Origin: a virus
Strand: one strand, 5' to 3'
Length of the DNA: 64,000 nt
IMG/VR virus record: IMGVR_UViG_3300045988_047162
In this document: one piece after another, positions 62,354 to 64,000 of the stretch
Layout: the number at the start of each line of letters is the position of its first letter
Numbering within the stretch: the stretch's first letter is position 1
Program-made: the position numbers and the translations under genes
Notes under the pieces: model-generated
Told to the model about the DNA's origin: nothing
Seen by the model: the letters and a program-made list of their open reading frames with translations, nothing else
The model's database searches: none

Positions 62354-62629
62354 ATGGTCGATGAAGTCAAGGAGACTCAGAATGACGGCGAAAAGCCGCA
62401 GGAAGAAACTGGCGAGGAAAACAACTACATCCTGCCGGACGAAGCGTACAAGGTGCTGAAGTGGTTGGCGCTTATCGCGTTGCCCGCTTTGGCCGTGTTC
62501 GTGCATGTGGTAGGCCCAGCATGGAACCTTCCATGCGTTGACCAGATCGTGACCACGTTGAACGCTCTGGCCGTGCTGGTTGGCGCTTTGATTGGCGTCA
62601 GCGAGTTGAAGGCCCGGTATTCCGAGTAG
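62354..62629 (+). CDS. holin (Dp-1-type family by recollection)
   Basis: YKVLKWLALIALPALAVFVHVVGPAWNLP...TLNALAVLVGALIGVS, with two TM segments. Directly follows the endolysin gene. Confidence 0.6.
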   Translation: MVDEVKETQNDGEKPQEETGEENNYILPDEAYKVLKWLALIALPALAVFVHVVGPAWNLPCVDQIVTTLNALAVLVGALIGVSELKARYSE

Positions 62630-62708
62630 AAACCTTTCATTTCTCTAACATGATGTTGGAGAAGTGTAAGAATACTATGCCCAACTAGTACGTCCTGTGT
62701 ACAAGTTT

Positions 62709-62753
62709 GCCCCTCTCTCAGCGATTACGCTGGGGGAGGGGCTTTTTGTGTTT
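62709..62753 (+). terminator. rho-independent terminator (copy A of a duplicated hairpin)
   Basis: gcccctctc...gggaggggc followed by tttttgtgttt. Confidence 0.7.
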
Positions 62754-62773
62754 CGCACGGTAGAATCATCATC

Positions 62774-62935
62774 ATGACCAAGAAAGAGCATGATGATTTT
62801 TGGACGAAGTGGAAGCGCGAGCTCACGAAGGATGTGAAGGCCGACAGGATACACGGCGGTGAGGCTGATTTCAGCCGAATGCATGGCGTGACATTGGACA
62901 CTCAAAAACTGTATGACATGCTACCGCGAGTCTGA
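62774..62935 (+). CDS. possible 53-aa protein between the duplicated hairpins
   Basis: Begins MTKKEHDDFWTKWKRELTKDVKADRIHGG... No clear RBS. Below the ORF-track size cut-off. Confidence 0.3.
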   Translation: MTKKEHDDFWTKWKRELTKDVKADRIHGGEADFSRMHGVTLDTQKLYDMLPRV

Positions 62936-62938
62936 ATT

Positions 62939-62985
62939 GCCCCTCTCTTAGCTTCCGTGCTGTGGGAGGGGCTTTTCTGTGTTTT
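62939..62985 (+). terminator. rho-independent terminator (copy B of the duplicated hairpin)
   Basis: gcccctctc...gggaggggc followed by ttttctgtgtttt. Same stem as copy A with a different loop. Confidence 0.65.
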
Positions 62986-62987
62986 AG

Positions 62988-63003
62988 GGCGTCCTATTCT
63001 GCA
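62988..63003. repeat. 16-bp direct repeat GGCGTCCTATTCTGCA, copy 1
   Basis: Perfect match to 63043-63058. Confidence 0.9.
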
Positions 63004-63042
63004 ATCGTCTTACAGGTTTCCGCAGTATTGCAACGTTTCCAA

Positions 63043-63058
63043 GGCGTCCTATTCTGCA
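63043..63058. repeat. 16-bp direct repeat GGCGTCCTATTCTGCA, copy 2
   Basis: Perfect match to 62988-63003. Lies 12 nt from the stop of 63071..63409. Confidence 0.9.
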
Positions 63059-63070
63059 TCGGGCTTGTTC

Positions 63071-63409
63071 CTAGTCAGCGGTTCGATTGGCTCTATCTCC
63101 ATCGCCGAAGTCTATTTGCTGGCCCATTTGGTCGTAATAGCGACACTGATACATGTTGCAATGCTTTTCCCTGATGCAATCCACCACAGATTGCACAGCC
63201 GCATGTTTTTCAATGTCCAACTGCTGTTCGGTGATGGTTATTTTCTTCGGGAACTCGTCTTCTGGATGCCCGCCGTCGTAGCCAGCTCCGTTTATCACCA
63301 TTCTGGGCGCGTTGAGTACGTACCCATATCGTTCTACGAGTCTCAATGCTTCATCGAATCCTCGACCGTATCCTTCCTTATACGAAACTACATCAAGCTC
63401 ATGCGGCAT
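63071..63409 (-). CDS. hypothetical protein co-transcribed with the integrase
   Basis: Its start overlaps the integrase stop by 11 nt. GC looks lower than the phage average. Confidence 0.55.
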   Translation of the reverse strand: MPHELDVVSYKEGYGRGFDEALRLVERYGYVLNAPRMVINGAGYDGGHPEDEFPKKITITEQQLDIEKHAAVQSVVDCIREKHCNMYQCRYYDQMGQQIDFGDGDRANRTAD

Positions 63410-64000
63410 TTACGACACCTTTCTGTTCGATCTGCTTCAAGTCTAATGCGGAGTTCATCGTTTCCATTGCGGCCAACCGTTCTTTCAACCCGGCATGACG
63501 GTAGTGTTCGACCATCAGACGGCTGGAATGGCCCACGATTTCCTCGACCAGTCCGACATCCACGCCCATTGACATGAGGATGGTAACGACGGTATGACGG
63601 GTTTCGTGACGGCTCCTATGCTCCGCATTGGGTACTCCCGCCGCTTCCAACAGTTTGCGGAACTGTTCGATATCCTCTTCCGGTTCGATAGGGGAGCCGT
63701 CATCATGACGGAACAGGAGTCCATGCGGGTTCGGTATTTCAGCGGTATCCACCAAGTATGCTTCGAGTGTCTGCGCCAATGCGGGAATGATTGGCACTTT
63801 CCTTCCACGCTTCGATTTCGGCGGGGTGAGACACCAGCGGCCTTGCAACTCGATCATGTCGAAGCCGTCTGGAATACGCCACCTCCATTGCGGACATGCG
63901 GCACCACGCTTGTATCCGCACGGGTACACGCCTTTACGGTCTGGTTCGCCGCAACCGTGCTCCTTCTTCAACTCCTCCAGTTTCCAGTTGACGGTGTATT
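63399..64000 (-). CDS. int: tyrosine recombinase/integrase, C-terminal catalytic domain (N-terminus beyond window)
   Basis: HETRHT (HxxR box) and ...GHSSRLMVEHYRHA (catalytic Tyr region). The ORF is open to the window edge. Confidence 0.85.
   Translation of the reverse strand, partial: YTVNWKLEELKKEHGCGEPDRKGVYPCGYKRGAACPQWRWRIPDGFDMIELQGRWCLTPPKSKRGRKVPIIPALAQTLEAYLVDTAEIPNPHGLLFRHDDGSPIEPEEDIEQFRKLLEAAGVPNAEHRSRHETRHTVVTILMSMGVDVGLVEEIVGHSSRLMVEHYRHAGLKERLAAMETMNSALDLKQIEQKGVVNAA

Larger units (their letters stand above)
362..64000. mobile_element. temperate siphovirus-type prophage (exact att boundaries not determined; right end beyond window)
   Basis: Complete immunity, recombination, packaging, head, tail and lysis modules plus a tyrosine integrase. 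The boundaries given are placeholders. Confidence 0.8.

Overview
The window is almost entirely one temperate siphovirus-type prophage from a high-GC Gram-positive host. The host looks Actinomycetota/Bifidobacterium-like, judged by eye from composition and gene content only. All family calls come from motif recognition and recollection; no searches were run, and GC and charge statements are by-eye estimates.

Layout from left to right:
- The 3' end of thyA and a bidirectional terminator.
- An ImmA protease / XRE repressor versus cro-like immunity switch.
- A long rightward early operon: pentapeptide-repeat protein, Bro-N/KilAC antirepressor, DivIVA-domain protein, Gp157/Gam-like protein, RecT, SSB, resolvase-like nuclease, replication organiser, Orn-like exonuclease, dUTPase, DUF3310, Lar-like Zn-ribbon, small DNA methyltransferase, MmcB-like nuclease and many orphans.
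- A low-GC moron: GNAT, acidic protein and metallophosphoesterase.
- An 8-kb block of 19 orphan genes on the opposite strand, including three XRE HTH domains, one lipoprotein and several very acidic proteins.
- A 1.5-kb gene-free, structure-rich region.
- A tRNA array (Ser-CGA, Trp-CCA, Ser-GCU, Leu-CAA) interspersed with aberrant tRNA-like elements.
- Two HNH endonucleases, terminase, portal, MuF, scaffold, capsid, connector genes and major tail protein.
- A G/G-T tail chaperone with a G_GGA_AAA slippery site, a 2,120-aa tape measure, Dit/Tal-like proteins and a 1,618-aa tail fibre.
- Three paralogous receptor-binding-like cassettes, one carrying a G10 tract.
- A lysis cassette with a signal-peptide GH25/Cpl-7/LysM endolysin and a Dp-1-type holin.
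- At the right edge, a tyrosine integrase cut by the window end.

No rRNA, CRISPR array, transposase or reverse transcriptase was seen.

The most interesting unexplained parts are the antisense orphan block, the cassette/poly-G locus, the low-GC GNAT island, the aberrant tRNA-like elements and a membrane-anchored copy of the fibre repeat inside the lysis cassette.
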